Shown here: piece after piece, positions 1 through 12,632 of the stretch
Position numbering within the stretch: position 1 is the first letter of the stretch
How the letters are laid out: each line of letters starts with the position of its first letter
Assembly: GCA_951406725.2 (NCBI GenBank)
Contig: OX597817.1
Span: forward strand, 84,940,001-85,004,000
DNA from: Octopus vulgaris
Taxonomy: Eukaryota
Reading direction: 5' to 3'
DNA length: 64,000 nucleotides
The notes under the pieces: model-generated
Database searches by the model: none
The model's input: only the letters and a program-made list of their open reading frames with translations
What the model was told of the DNA's origin: nothing
Made by a program: the position numbers and the translations under genes

Positions 1-1173
1 GGTAATAGATTTGTTTCAAACTGAAGACAGAATAATAAATAGAATGAAATTAAAAGAAAAAAACAAAACAATGTAATTAAGTATTTGAAATTTAGCCTTC
101 ATAACATTTTCAAACAAATTAAAGCTTGCATGATTAAAAATATTTAAAAGCTAATTATTAAAAAAATTCAGATTTGAATAACAATGGATAGTGGAACTGA
201 CAAGTTCTTCCTTGATAGTAGAAGACAACAATGCCTTAAGACATTCATTACTGGTCACAGTGGAAATAAAAAAATGGAAATTTTTTTTTAGAAACTATCT
301 CTGACAGTTGAAATATAAACCAATATTAAAATAAAAAATAGAAATAAAAAAACAGAGTTTAACAGAATTAAGATTTAAAAATAATCAGGTTCTATTTTAT
401 CATTAAAATAATAATTGCAAAAATATTTTAGTCAACAGAAAAATAACTCCTAACTGGATTTCAATAAATATTACCCACTTCCAGTTAATAAACTAAGTTT
501 TATATTGGAGTTTGAAAGGCATAAACTTGGCTGAGCACCTTGTCATTGAACAATTACATTAAATTCTGATAGTAAACATTTATTTTTCTTCCAGACAAAT
601 AAAAATCAATGTAGCAAATTTAAAATCTAATTCTTAGTGGTGCAGTTTTTTTTTTTTAATAGTTTATCTTAAGTGCTGAAAGCTATAACATTCAAAATAA
701 AAAAAAATTATTAAGCTAAATAATTCTATTAGAATTTTTTAAAAGTCATAAAAAACTACAAGCTTTCAAGCCTTGTAAAATATTAAATTCATCGAGCAAG
801 AGAAAAATAGCAAAATAATTTGAAAGAAAAAACACATCCCTTAAAAGCGAAGAACAAGTAAAATAAATTGAAAACACAAATACTCTACCTTAAAAACTGT
901 TAAGAATTTAAAAACACCCACCTATTATATACTGAATCCAATAGAAAAATAAATGAAAATATCATTTTCCTAATTTATATGAGAGACAAAAAAAAAGATT
1001 TCTTTCTTGTCCTTCAGTATATGAAATAAGTTGAAAGCTTTATATTAGGTTTAAAAACTAGAAATACATTGCTCAGACACCTGATGTAGGGATAGCTTTC
1101 TATGGAGACTGAGATGTAAAATTCTAGTGCAGGAGATTGATATAAAAAAAGAAAGAAAATGAGGTTAACTTAC

Positions 1174-1475
1174 ATGCACTTGCTCCATTCTCAATTTCTA
1201 GCATCCAAGTTCCTTTGGCAAACTCTCCCCAATTATGTGTTGTCATGAAAGCCCAATTGCTAAATCCATCTTGTGAAGTATCTCTGGTTCTTCGAGCAAG
1301 CAAGGTTGATCTTGTCCCCATTGGTGAAGTTAAGAAAATTTGTATTTCTCCTCGACGGTCTGATGTTAATGTAACACGTGCCTGCACATGTTCTAAATAT
1401 TTTACATGGTTATTTCTTCCTTCACAGCCAGTAGAATAAAGAGCAGCAGTCACTCTGCTATTTGGAGGGACAACT
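1174..1475 (-). CDS. FURIN: Furin-like P-domain exon (VVPPNSRV...YLEHVQARVTLTSDRRGEIQIFLTSPMGTRSTLL...WAFMTTHNWGE...WMLEIENGASA)
   Basis: 302 nt, phase 2/1, tttcag| and |GTAAGT. LEHVQ, SPMGT.STLL and FMTTH.WGE P-domain motifs. Confidence 0.95.
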
Positions 1476-1714
1476 CTGAAAATTAGACAAATGAAAAATT
1501 GCAAGACTAGACATACCAATTATCCTTTTGTAAGACAGTAAAATATATACACAAAGCCTTGCTGTTGTCTAATACACAGTAAAAACAATAAAATTCTAGG
1601 AAATAAACCATGCTATAAGTCAGAAAATGGTGACAGAAGTAGTGAAAACAGTGGAATAAATATTATACTATGCAAAAGAAAAGTTTAATATACAGACATA
1701 TGTATTGTATTTGT

Positions 1715-1925
1715 ATGGTCATGGCCACGTAGATGCATTGGGATGAGGATAGCTGTATAAATGCTGATTACTTAAAATGGATGGGACTTGTGGAAGAGGG
1801 AGACCAAGAAAGACATGGGATGAAGTGATAAATGCTGATCTCAGGAACTTGAATCTCATGGAGAAGATGATAAAGGATCAGGCTGACTGGGAATCTGTAA
1901 TGCTCAAGGAGACCTGCTCATCATG
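1715..1925 (+). mobile_element. RTE-clade LINE 3' ORF fragment
   Basis: (W)YGH...GTCGRGRPRKTWDEVI..DL motif typical of the RTE ORF C-terminus. Similar copy at ~12100-12290. Confidence 0.7.
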
Positions 1926-2614
1926 GCAAAACCAAGGTTCTGGAAGCATAATGTGCATACACTCAATGGACCCCTTGCCTAATTTCCCCATCAAATCTTC
2001 CATCCATCCCCTCATTATCCATCACTGATCTATCCTTCTGTAACCTGCCTGATTACAGTAGTCTCCTGCTGTATATCAATAAGGTAAGAAGTACATATTT
2101 TATCATGTTTACTATGATACCAGTTGTCTTTCTTCTCAAAATAACTTCACTAGACAGCCATCTTTCATTCTTATATTGTTCCTCCCCACTCACACTTTAA
2201 ATTGAACACCTCACCCATCTATGTTACAGATTATCTCTCCTCTCTCTCTCTTTACTCCACTTCCTATTGACTTGCCCATATCACCAAACATCTCTCACTC
2301 TTCCAATGCACTATGTCTTTCTCTCCACCCACACATCTCTTTCTTGTTATCTTGCATATACATATATGTATACATGCACATGTGACTGTTTGTCTGTTTA
2401 CAACATCAGTTGCTTGGTTGAAAATGCAGCATGCACTGTTGTTAGCTTTCTCTATCAACAAGTCAGATCACTTCCCATCTTTGAATCCGTGTAGAATAAG
2501 TGATCCCTTACTTGAAAAACAGTTAAAGGACATCCAGCTGTAAAATAATGCCTCAAATAACATACTTGTTCAACCCAGCATGCATGGGATATTTGCAAAG
2601 TGTTTATGATTACA

Positions 2615-2803
2615 AACACTTGTTACATGGCCTCCACCTTCAGCACTTGTTACATGGTCTCCGCCTTCAATACTTGTTACATTACCACCCCCTTCAACAC
2701 TTGTTACATTACCACCCCCTTCAACACTTGTTACATTATCACCCCCTTCAACACTTGTTACATTAACACTCCTTTCAACACTTGTTACATTATCTCCCCC
2801 TTC
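2615..2803. repeat. 27-bp minisatellite, 7 copies
   Basis: Unit approximately AACACTTGTTACATTACCACCCCCTTC. Explains the three overlapping repetitive ORFs. Confidence 0.95.
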
Positions 2804-3564
2804 AGCAGTTTCCTGTAGGTGTAAACACAAATCCATACATATATATACATATGCACAATTTTACGACCATGCACACTTCTCAGATCAGTCTCATATATGC
2901 TATTAAACATAAACATATATGCTACATATAGCCACATGTTAGAGAGTTTACACTGGATACATATATGAGTTTGGTAAAGGTGAAATTAAAATGCATAGAA
3001 TTAAACTAGAGCCAGTTCGGGGTGTGGTGTTGGAGATAAAGAGACATTAGCTACAAAATGGGCAGAACATTTGAAGGTGGCTGGGAGTGTATTACAGTGT
3101 GAGGAAGAAGCTTCAAGCAAAGAGGTCATATTTTTGTCTCGTTTAAAAAAGAAGAAAGAAAAGGAACAGCAAAAAAGCAATGAAAGTTGTGGAAAATATT
3201 CCACTAAGGAAGCTTTGTCAATGGTCTAAACTTGCTGAGGTGTAGAGTTGACTAAAGATGTAGGGTAACCCTGTGGGAGGAAGAAACAGTGCCTTTCATC
3301 AGATTTGGAGAGAAAATCCAAGTCTTTACAGCACTGGCACTGGAGTCAAAAACTTTGCGAGAATGGGATGGCAGTTCAAGAGTGAACAAGGGAGAAGAAG
3401 AAAAGGTCAAAATAGGAATGTGAGTCTTATAATGACTGAATAAGTTCAAAAATATTTCTTTTTTAAAGTGAATGCAGAAAAATTGATAATGTCTGAATGA
3501 CAGCATTAGAATAACAATTTATGTTTGAAGAAAATTATGGAAAACAGTTAACAGAGGAAAGGAG

Positions 3565-3598
<34 letters not shown>

Positions 3599-4028
3599 TG
3601 TGTAGTGAATCTGTAATTCAACATCTGCTTTACATCACAATAAGAAGCCAACAAAGAAATGTAAAAAAAAGAAAAGAAAACTAGAACAAATATAACATCA
3701 AAAAGGAACCCAATATACATATGTAATAGAGAAAATCATCTGTTTAAATTACTTTATCAAAATGTAAAGAGATGTTACTGAAATCCTGTTACATTCTAAG
3801 TCAAGGGACATTATTCTAACTATAATTACAAATACATATCATTTTAATATATGAAGCTAGCACCAAGAAGAAGCAATCAGTAGCAGAAGGTAGTGAGTCT
3901 TTTTTCCCAAGAGGTCAACAATATATTCTACAGTAAAATGGCATAAAAATGAAACCAACTGTAATATTCCCTAAGTCTTAGTTAATCTTAAAATTCAATA
4001 TCAATGTACATTTTAAAACAGTATTTAC

Positions 4029-4146
4029 CTGCTTTTTTCAGGATAACGGATTTCACATACTTGTTGTTTTGGCACAGTGGTCCAGTTTTTGGCTAAAGAT
4101 ACCATTTCAGCAGCATCCATCAAACCATATCCAAAAGAATGACTCA
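4029..4146 (-). CDS. FURIN: Furin-like exon (VSHSFGYGLMDAAEMVSLAKNWTTVPKQQVCEIRYPEKS-R)
   Basis: 118 nt, phase 1/2, AG/GT. VSH.FGYGL.DA motif at the end of the catalytic domain. Confidence 0.96.
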
Positions 4147-5105
4147 CTATAAGAGAAAATTTTAAAGAAGACCATGAAAATGTTTTTCATAATTTCAAAT
4201 GTTGAAATTTTCAAAATCTTGAGATAGTTGCTTTCTTTGATAAAGGCAACAAACCAAGACTATCTAGCAACAAGGAGTAGCATTTCTTGATGGAATTATA
4301 TTGATTTCAATCAACAAAGCTGAGAAGTTCCTGTATAGGCAGTCCTTTGAAAAGTTTGATGTTAAATGAAATGATGTAAAGATTCAATCATGTAAACAAT
4401 ATTTACATTTCTACTGTTTATTGCTCACAACAAGATCATCAGCAAATGCCTAATTAAAATCTCAAAACATTTCTGATATTATGCTTTGAAGAAAGATAAA
4501 TAAATACCAATAATTATTTGTTTGAAAGACATGCCCAAGATTTGCTGTCATGCATTTTACCTCTTCTGTTTGTAGAATTCCTTGCAGCACAATGTATCAG
4601 GCTTGCATTTGAGGTTATTCATCACACCTCACAAGATCAGAGGTAACAAGAGTTATAGTCTTGTTCCCAGATGATTTTAGGTAAAGTCTGTCAGTTATGT
4701 TAATGGATACATTACAAAAGATGAGTTGAGAGCATACCTCAAAGAATCCCATACTTGGATATTAGAGGAAAATTTTCATCTTTATAATATGAGAGCTACA
4801 CTCAATAGATGTTTCAGCAGCCGGTACCCACAGTTTTACTTCAATTAGGGACAATGGATAACTAACTACCAGTTGAAACTATGAGTGATGATATCAAAAT
4901 GATGAAACATTGTGAAACAATCATCAGCATGTCTCAGAATATATACTAGATTACCTGTGACCGGTTGGGTCACCTAGAAAGTCTAAGTTTCCTAGCAATA
5001 GAGTTTTGTTTCGTGGGTTTTCTTTTCTTTCCCAGGTTATTTCGCATGCTTTCAATGAATGTAACATTGAAATCACATGTAAATTGCTCCTTTTTCCCGG
5101 AAAGG

Positions 5106-5224
5106 AAAGATTTGGCTGCTATTTCGTGCATGACCAGCTACCACATAACAGGTATTTTGAGTCCTTTATCACAAATAGCTGTTATGTGGTAGCAGGGCGT
5201 GCCAGAAATAGCAGCCAAATCTTT
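5106..5224. repeat. Imperfect inverted repeat (hairpin)
   Basis: Arms 5106-5151 and 5179-5224 match at 41/46 positions, and pairing extends inward. Confidence 0.85.
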
Positions 5225-5767
5225 GGAGCTGAGATACGTTGAATGCACTCAGAAAGATTTTTGTAATGGTATTCCCTTGGGACAATCTTTCACTCTCAGA
5301 GAACTGTCATCCAGATCAGCTGGTTTTGTTTGTTAATTCCTGAAAAACATTTTTATTTATTTACTTTTGTTTTAAAGTGAAAGAGAGGAGTGTGTGAGAG
5401 AGAGAGAGAGTGCCACTTGCACATACATGAGAACACACACACTTGCACATGTACATGCAAAAAAGATGTATACATATGTATTGATGTATGTACGTATACA
5501 TGACAACACACCCCTTCACTCACTCTCGTTTTTTCTCTCTCTCTTTCACACACACCCATCTATTTCATATACACATACATACATCTTTCACTTTCTCCCC
5601 TCTTTCCCTTTAAAACAAAAGTAAACAAATAAGAATTTTTTTACGGAAATTAGCAAACTCTGGATTAGTTTAAAGATAATTTTGAAAATTAAAATTTTAA
5701 TGTCTTCAAATGAATATCATACTTCACATATACTAAAATTAATAATTCCTAAACAAATTATATTTAC

Positions 5768-5871
5768 CTTTACGGCCAATTCCATTTATAAGCCAATCTT
5801 GAGCACGTAGATTTTCAGGTTTAGCTGTCATAACAACTATATGTTGCATATCCCGCCATGTTAACATTGAA
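5768..5871 (-). CDS. FURIN: Furin-like exon (SMLTWRDMQHIVVMTAKPENLRAQDWLINGIGRK)
   Basis: 104 nt, phase 2/1, AG/GT. LTWRDMQH motif. Confidence 0.96.
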
Positions 5872-6170
5872 CTAAAGAAAAGTAAATGTATAATAAAGTT
5901 TGTTATAAATTACTTTAAAATTTGATTATCAATACAAATGCAAATAAAGATTAGACTGTAATCAACATTTAAAATTTAAATCAGTGATTTAAATACTGCA
6001 AACTAAACAATAAACAATTATTTAAGAAAAGTCTAAATATGAAATAAGACTTAATAAGCAGAGCCTTTTACATTGCCTGTAATGTAAAAGAAAGTATTTA
6101 ATAGAGTTAATTGCTTTCTTTGTAATGTCAAAGAAAAAAGAAAAAAAACTTAATAAATGTAGCTGCTTAC

Positions 6171-6271
6171 TTTGCTTGTAATGCCAAAGCACATAAACCA
6201 GCAGCCAAAGGAGCACTAGCACTTGTTCCAGTATGCGTTTCAGTGCAACCTCTTTTCAGATCGGTAGTTAC
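6171..6271 (-). CDS. FURIN: Furin-like exon with catalytic Ser ([34 protein letters not shown])
   Basis: 101 nt, phase 0/2, [11 protein letters not shown] motif; not captured in this frame by the ORF track. Confidence 0.97.
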
Positions 6272-6479
6272 CTGAAATATTTTTTTAAAATATTACATTT
6301 CAAGCAAACATTTATGCATTCCTATTACATATAAATTTACAATCATATTTTAATTACCATTTAGTAAAATTATGCCAAATGCTAAATAATAAAAGATGGT
6401 TTCAATACTAAAGCATGCTCAAAAATGGAATACTACAAAAATATTATATTATAATAATATAATGAGCCTCCTATTTATA

Positions 6480-7950
6480 GTGCTCAGCTGTATTACAACT
6501 CATTGGAAAAGGGTAAAAGAGGAGGATTTAAATGAAAGCAACAATAACTCAAGAAATGGACAGCAATGAAAGCTAGAAGTGCATGCACAGTACTTAAAAT
6601 AAAACACAAAAAATATAGAAAAATGAGCAGTAAAAGAACAATAAGGAGGAAAGAATGCATAGGCATCCTTTCTTCTTTATTAGAAGTTGACAAATTTCAA
6701 GAAGCATGAAAGTTTTGAAGGCTACAGTGTTCTAACAGTTAAGAATTGAAGTGGATAGTTTAATCCATACTTCAACAATTCTGAGAGTGAATAACTGGTT
6801 CCAAAAGTGTTGGGTGCTTGCTGTTTCCTAATGTTATAAGTGTGTTCACAGGTAATATTAAAAAAAGGTGGCCAAAGTTGTAATTGGATAATTTTGTGGA
6901 CTTCTACCAAGTCAGCAGTTAGATGTCAAAGCTTTAATGTGTTGATTCCTAGGGAAGTAATATGTTTAAGATATGGTGACCGAAAGAGGGTATTCATCTG
7001 GTTGCATGTCTCTGGACAGCTTTGAGTAGATCATTATTCTGGACAAGGGGTTCCAAACTAGAGATGGGAACTTTAAGTGTGGGACATATGATAACCACAT
7101 ATAGCTTTAAATAGGTAAAACTAGTTCTACCCTTTTTTATGATTTTAGAAATGTGGTTATCTAATGCAGATTATTGTTGGCAATAATGCTTAGGCCATCT
7201 GCACCAGCAAACATCTTAATATTGTGGAGGGAGTAAGTAAATTCCAAGATTTTCTTCCCAAGAATGTATAGTGATGCACTTGTCTGCAGCCAGCTTTGAG
7301 TTGCCAGTCAGCAATCCATTAGTGCATTGTGTTTAGGTCAGACTGCAGGCAAGATCTATAGCATATAGGATCTGCTTGTTTTATCTTAAAATACAGCTTA
7401 ATGATATCTGTGTATTTTGACACAGAAACTTGCTTTAAGTTAGCCTCTGCTTCGTTACTATGTCACAAATAACAGGAGCCCAAGAACAAATCCCTGCAGA
7501 AACCAGATTTCATTGCATAGGCTGCAGAGTGTTTTCTTAATACCATAAGAAACTTTTATCAAGGACATCAACCAGTTATCAAAATTAATTCTCATGTCCA
7601 TTGCAGAGAGCCTTGCCAAATTGAGCCAGATAACATTCAGCTGTGAGCTACCATCAGTGATTTGGTCGGCATCAAGAAATTTGATGAGTTAACTACTGCA
7701 GCTGGAGTGAAAGATAATTCCAATTGTGAAAGTCAAATAAAGTAACAAGAGTTCCATAAATTTCAGTGTGTCTCTCTGAAGAAGGATTCCACCAATTTGG
7801 TGATGCAGCTAGTGAGACTGACAGATGATGTGCTTTTTTTGAACAGGCTACTGGCTACTTCCACTGTTCTGGAGTAACACAATTATTAAGGCAGAATTGG
7901 GAGAAGCAAAAGTTTATGCATAAGAGGTATATTTTGCTTGAAATGAGGTA
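6480..7950 (-). mobile_element. Degenerate CR1/L2 (Jockey-group) LINE reverse-transcriptase fragment
   Basis: Minus-strand remnants in the expected order: PEQWK.., QGFVLGLLLF (GVPQGSVLGPLLF), KYTDIIKLY (YADD.KLY), WIADWQLK..DKCITIH, RIVEVWIKL. Confidence 0.7.
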
Positions 7951-8487
7951 AATATATAAAAAAAAGTAATGAAAATTAAATGGTTAAAACTAAATATTTG
8001 TTTCTATTCTCTGGCATATTATGTTGCGCATTAGCGCTTTAGAAGACCTAGGTACAAATCACATTCTACAGACTGAACCAATGCCAAAATGAGTTACTGT
8101 TCAAGATGAAACACTGCTAAAGTCACTTCAATATTTTCACTAAAAAGGTAGAAAATGGTTTTATTTTTAATCAAATAAAACACAAATATGTTCATTTGGT
8201 TAGGGAACAAAATATTATTTACACATGTTCTGTTTTTCACTCGGTAAATAATATTTTAATAACCAGGAAAAAGTTTTGATTGCTTCTGGTTTTGCACTTA
8301 CATTAACCTGAACCCCAACTGAAGATGAGCAAGAGTTTAACGACCAATAAACTGAAGAACTTTTAACAAATAAGCTCCTCAAAATATAAAATTCATGCAT
8401 GAATATTTCTCTGAAAAAGGTAAGAAAGGAAACAAACACTGGAGCAGTTCTATTTGAAAATAGTATTTGACAAAGAAAACAACTTAC

Positions 8488-8700
8488 AATCTGTCTCTCC
8501 ATACTGGACCCACTACTGTAAGTGGTTGCTAGTGTGGATGAACAGGCTTCTGAATACCATGGAATATTACCATTTTCAGTTGCACTGCTGATAGATAAGG
8601 TATAAATACTATTGGTGTAACCATCACAGTTGCAGCTGTCTCCATCCCGGCCACCATTGCCTGAAGCCCAGACAAATATTGATCCCAAACCTCCTCGTCC
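8488..8700 (-). CDS. FURIN: Furin-like exon with oxyanion Asn ([28 protein letters not shown]...[10 protein letters not shown])
   Basis: 213 nt, phase 0/0, ttttag| and |GTAAGT. WASGNGG motif. Confidence 0.97.
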
Positions 8701-9134
8701 CTAAAAAACAGAAAGACAAAATATGATAAAGAATTATAACCAAAAATGAAATAAATACCATTGTTTTCATAACAATTATATCTTAACATCAGCGGATATT
8801 TTAGATGATATTAAGTTTATCAAAAGAGTCTGTAGTAGTCAAGTTGTGGATAACATTTTCCAAACATGACATGAATTATGATAGCTACATTTACATATAA
8901 ATAAAAGTCATACAAAAAGATTTTATGGCATTGGTTGAGGATACATAATATAACAAGATTTAGTAAAAGTTCATGTACCTTAATATAAACAAAAATAATT
9001 AAGGTTTAGCATGTTCTATCTACCTTTAAACTAAAAACTTTCAACAGATATTAGTTAGAATAGCACTTTCTCTTGTTCTCTCTCATATTTCAATTTATGA
9101 AGCCAGAGATGATTATATCAACTTAGTGAAGTTA

Positions 9135-9472
9135 TTTTATTTGAAGAAATCAACTCCAGGACTTATTCGTTGTAAGCCTAGTACTTATTCTACCAATCTC
9201 TTTTGCCGAACTTTTAAGTTACAGGGACGTAATCACACCAACAATGGTTGTCAAGCAATGGTGGTGGTGGGGCAAACACATACACACACACACACACAAA
9301 TATATACATATAATGGGCTTCTTTCAGTTTCTGTCTACCAAATCCACTTATAAGGTTTTGATTGGCCCAAAGCTATTGTAAAAAAACAATTGCCCAAGTT
9401 GTCACACAGTGGTACTGAACTCAGAACTATGTGGTTGGGAAGCAAGCTTCTTACCACACAGCCATACCTGCA
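9135..9472 (-). mobile_element. tRNA-derived SINE (family A, octopus-type)
   Basis: GGCTGTGTGGTAAGAAGCTT...GTTCAGT head, (TG) middle and GTAGAATAAGTACTAGGCTTAC tail, shared with many copies in the window. Confidence 0.8.
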
Positions 9473-9594
9473 CATTTTCTATAAATTACTAGTTTTTTCA
9501 TTTATTATAACAGATCACATGACCACTGACTAACAGAGCATGTACTAACTGAGCATATATTAATAGAATATGTAAAACAGCTGGGGCAATAAAG

Positions 9595-11035
9595 TCTAAA
9601 GTGTTGCTCAGATATGTTATATTCACTAAGTATTACTCAGATATGTTAGTCTATTTGCTGGGTGTTACTAAAATATGTTGGTATTTACTGAGTGTTACTC
9701 AGATACATTGGTCTACTTGCTGAGTGATACTCAAATATGTTGGTCTACAAGGTTGGGCTGAAACGTTCATAGGTTGACTATGAAGGAGTGATGTTAGAGC
9801 TGTGAAATCTTGCATGCATTAATTTCAACTTCTCTTATTAATAATTGCATTGTTTCTTTCCACCTAAAATGACATCTGATTGTTCAAAGAAGACTTCAAA
9901 AATAACTAGTAGCAACTTCTCTTGAAACTGGACAAAATTTGGCATCATAGTGTTATCAAATACTTGCAGAAAAAAAGGTTTTAGATCCCAAGGACATTCA
10001 TGCTAACATGGTTGCTGCTTTAGAGGAGGACACTGAAGCTTTATCAACAGTACAAAAGTGAGCAGCTGAATTTAAGAGGGGAAGGGAGAGTCTTGAAAAT
10101 AACCCAAGGTCTGGAAATACTGCAGCTGCCATCACCAAGGAAAACATTGATCATGTTTACCACATGGTGATGGGTGACAGGCGATTGACAATAAATCAAA
10201 TAGCTAATGCTATTAACATATGCCAAGAGAGAGTTGAGAATATTTAGCACAATGAACTTGGTATGACAAAGGTTTCTGTTTGGTGGGTGCCACATTTTCT
10301 GACACCAGGTTCAAAGTGCACCAGGCTGATCACATAAGAAAATCTGACATTAAGGCAGATTCAGCAAGTTTCCTTGAATGTTTTACCCAGGGTAAGTATT
10401 AGGTTCATCACTTTGAGCCTGAGACAAAGAGACAATCCATGCAGAAAAACACTCATCCTCACCTGCTCCAAGAATGGTCAAAGTGGTGACCTGTTTTTCC
10501 AGATGCAAAAGGCGTTGTATTTATTGACTATCTTCAAAAGGACCACACTATCAATGGAGAGTACTATGACAACTTGCTAAAGCAGTTACAAAAGGCTATC
10601 AAGACCAGGAAAACTTAAGAAAGGGGTCTTGTTTTGTCAGGACAATGCTTCAGTACACAAATCCTTAGTTTCAAGGGCTGCTTTGCATGATTGTAGCTTT
10701 GAACTGGTTGACCACCCTCCATAGTCTCCTGATTTGGCCCCATCTGACTATCATCTGTTCACCAACATAAAAAAAAACAAAACACTTGGCTGGGAACCAG
10801 TACTGCAGTGATGATGACAGTATAACTGCTGTTGATGGCTTTTTGACCAATGTCAGGAAAGCTTCTTTGCTAACGGGATCCAAGCACTGCAACACCAATG
10901 GAAGAAGAGTATGGACTGAATTTGGCCACTTTCCATGAGAATATCTTGGTCAGCCTATGAACTTTTCAGTCAACTCAGGAATGTTTGTTTACTGAATGTT
11001 GCTCAGATATTTTGGTTTATTTATGAGGATTACTG
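9595..11035. repeat. Degenerate ~30-bp tandem array split by a mariner insertion
   Basis: Units resembling GTGTTACTCAGATATGTTGGT(CT)ATTT(G)CTGA at 9595-9747, resuming at ~10980-11035. Confidence 0.7.
9748..10978 (+). mobile_element. Full-length degenerate mariner (DD34D type) fossil
   Basis: ~30-bp TIRs (GTTGGGCTGAAACGTTCATAGGTTGAC / GTCAGCCTATGAACTTTTCAGTCAAC). Remnants EFKRGRESLENNPRSG, DRRLTI, WVPHFLT, QDNASVH, HPP*SPDLAPSDYHLF. Many stops and frameshifts. Confidence 0.9.
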
Positions 11036-11944
11036 TAATAATTTTTAATCTATTTATTCTTTGTCTTTTGAAAGATGACCAGTAGCAGATGATTTCATTT
11101 AGTGGTGAGAGCTATAATTGAGAGTAGTTCTAATTCCTCATCTTGCAAGTGTAGTGATGAGTTAATTATTGCCCACATTTCAATACTATGAAAAGATATA
11201 TGCTCATTAAAGGAAAATAACACTTGGTTGGAGAGTTGCATCCCCTGAATGAATTTTCATTAAAATAATCACCAGGATTTGTCGTTGCTTAGCTCTAAGC
11301 TAGCCCTGATTGAACATATTTATAATCAAAGATATGATTATTTGATCTTTATCCAGGCGTTCACTAAAGTGTCCTTTTGAGGAGTTGAACAACTGCAATT
11401 TGAGGGGGATTTGGCTGCTATTTCTAGCAGGTCAAGCGTCATTAGATGTTTGGGTGACAAAAATAATGCAACACCAGACAAAATGCCTTCTTACAATATT
11501 TAGCGCTGTCTCTCAAGACATCCTGGTTTCAGCTCTTGCTAGTATTGGCTGATTCAGTTTCTAACTTTACATGACAAATATTTGGCTTTATGCCAATGTT
11601 AGAAATCATAATTATACTACTATTACAACACCATACAGCCAAAAAAAAAATAATAATTTGATCAAAACTACACAAATTCCATTATACAGCTAAAATAAAA
11701 AAGTAAACATACAAATCAATACATTTTTTATAAGTTCAATGGCTACATTCAACAAGCTAAACTAATATGAAAATAAAGTTAGTTATAAAGGGATTATGGT
11801 TGTTTTCCTGAATCATATGTGTCATCTCCAAGCACTTCTAAAGAAGTGCAATATTTTCTCCAAATATTTTGCACCCTGTGTATGGGGAAATGCTAAGCTT
11901 AAACTTCTTTTTATATATATATATATATATATATATTGCTATGT

Positions 11945-12632
11945 AGAACAACCATGCTACATGGCTGACTGTAGAGGACATGTGAAGGCTTGAAAGAAAT
12001 GAAACTTTGTTGGATGTGCAATGTCAGTATGACAAACTGTAAGCAACTTGAGAGAAAAACTGGGTATAAGAGGCATCAGATGTGGTGCACAAAATGATTT
12101 TGCTGGTATGGTCACGAGGACAGCTGTGTAGCGAAGTGCCGATCTCTAACTGTGGAGGGAACCTGTGAAAGAGGTAGGCCCAGGAAGACATGGGACGAGA
12201 TGGTGAAGCATAATCTTTAGATGTTGAGTCTCATGGAGGCAATAACAAGTAATCAAGCCCTTTGTCAGTTTGCTGTACTTGAGAAGACACATCAAGCCAA
12301 GTTAAATCATAGAAATGACTGGTGACACGTGAGAGGCACCTGTGCCAGTGACATGTAAGAGGCACCCGTGTCGGTGACATGCAAAAGGCACCCTTGCCGG
12401 TGACACGCAAAAGGCATTTGTACCAGTGACACATAAAAGGTACCCATGCCAGTGCTAGTGACACATAAAATGCACCCACTACACTCTTGGAGTGGTTGGT
12501 GCTAGGAAGGGCATCCCAACCATAGAAACCAAGCCAAACCATACTGGAGTCTAATACACATCTCTGGCTTACCAGTTCCATTCAAACTTTAACTCATGCC
12601 AACATGGAAAATGGACAATAAATGATAATGAT
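11945..12632 (+). mobile_element. 5'-truncated RTE LINE with 26-bp tandem array in the 3' UTR and ATG-type tail
   Basis: WYGH...GTCERGRPRKTWDEMVKH, then about 6 copies of GTGACAYRYAAAAGGCACCCGTGCCA (12322-12478), then the GAGTGGTTGG..GGAAGGGCATCCA..CATGGAAAATGGAC tail. Confidence 0.8.

Noticed and set aside
2615-2803. CRISPR-like look of a constant core with a variable part
   Set aside because: The variable parts are homologous and only ~10 nt; eukaryotic context with no cas genes. It is a minisatellite.
3000-3560. Possible L1/Tx1-like LINE remnant on the minus strand
   Set aside because: Only vague motif resemblance; cannot be supported by eye.
8215-8688. ORF-track proteins at 8215-8688, 1124-1519, 16870-17091 and 17039-17326 as standalone genes
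   Set aside because: They are furin exons read through into introns; similarity ends exactly at the GT/AG sites.
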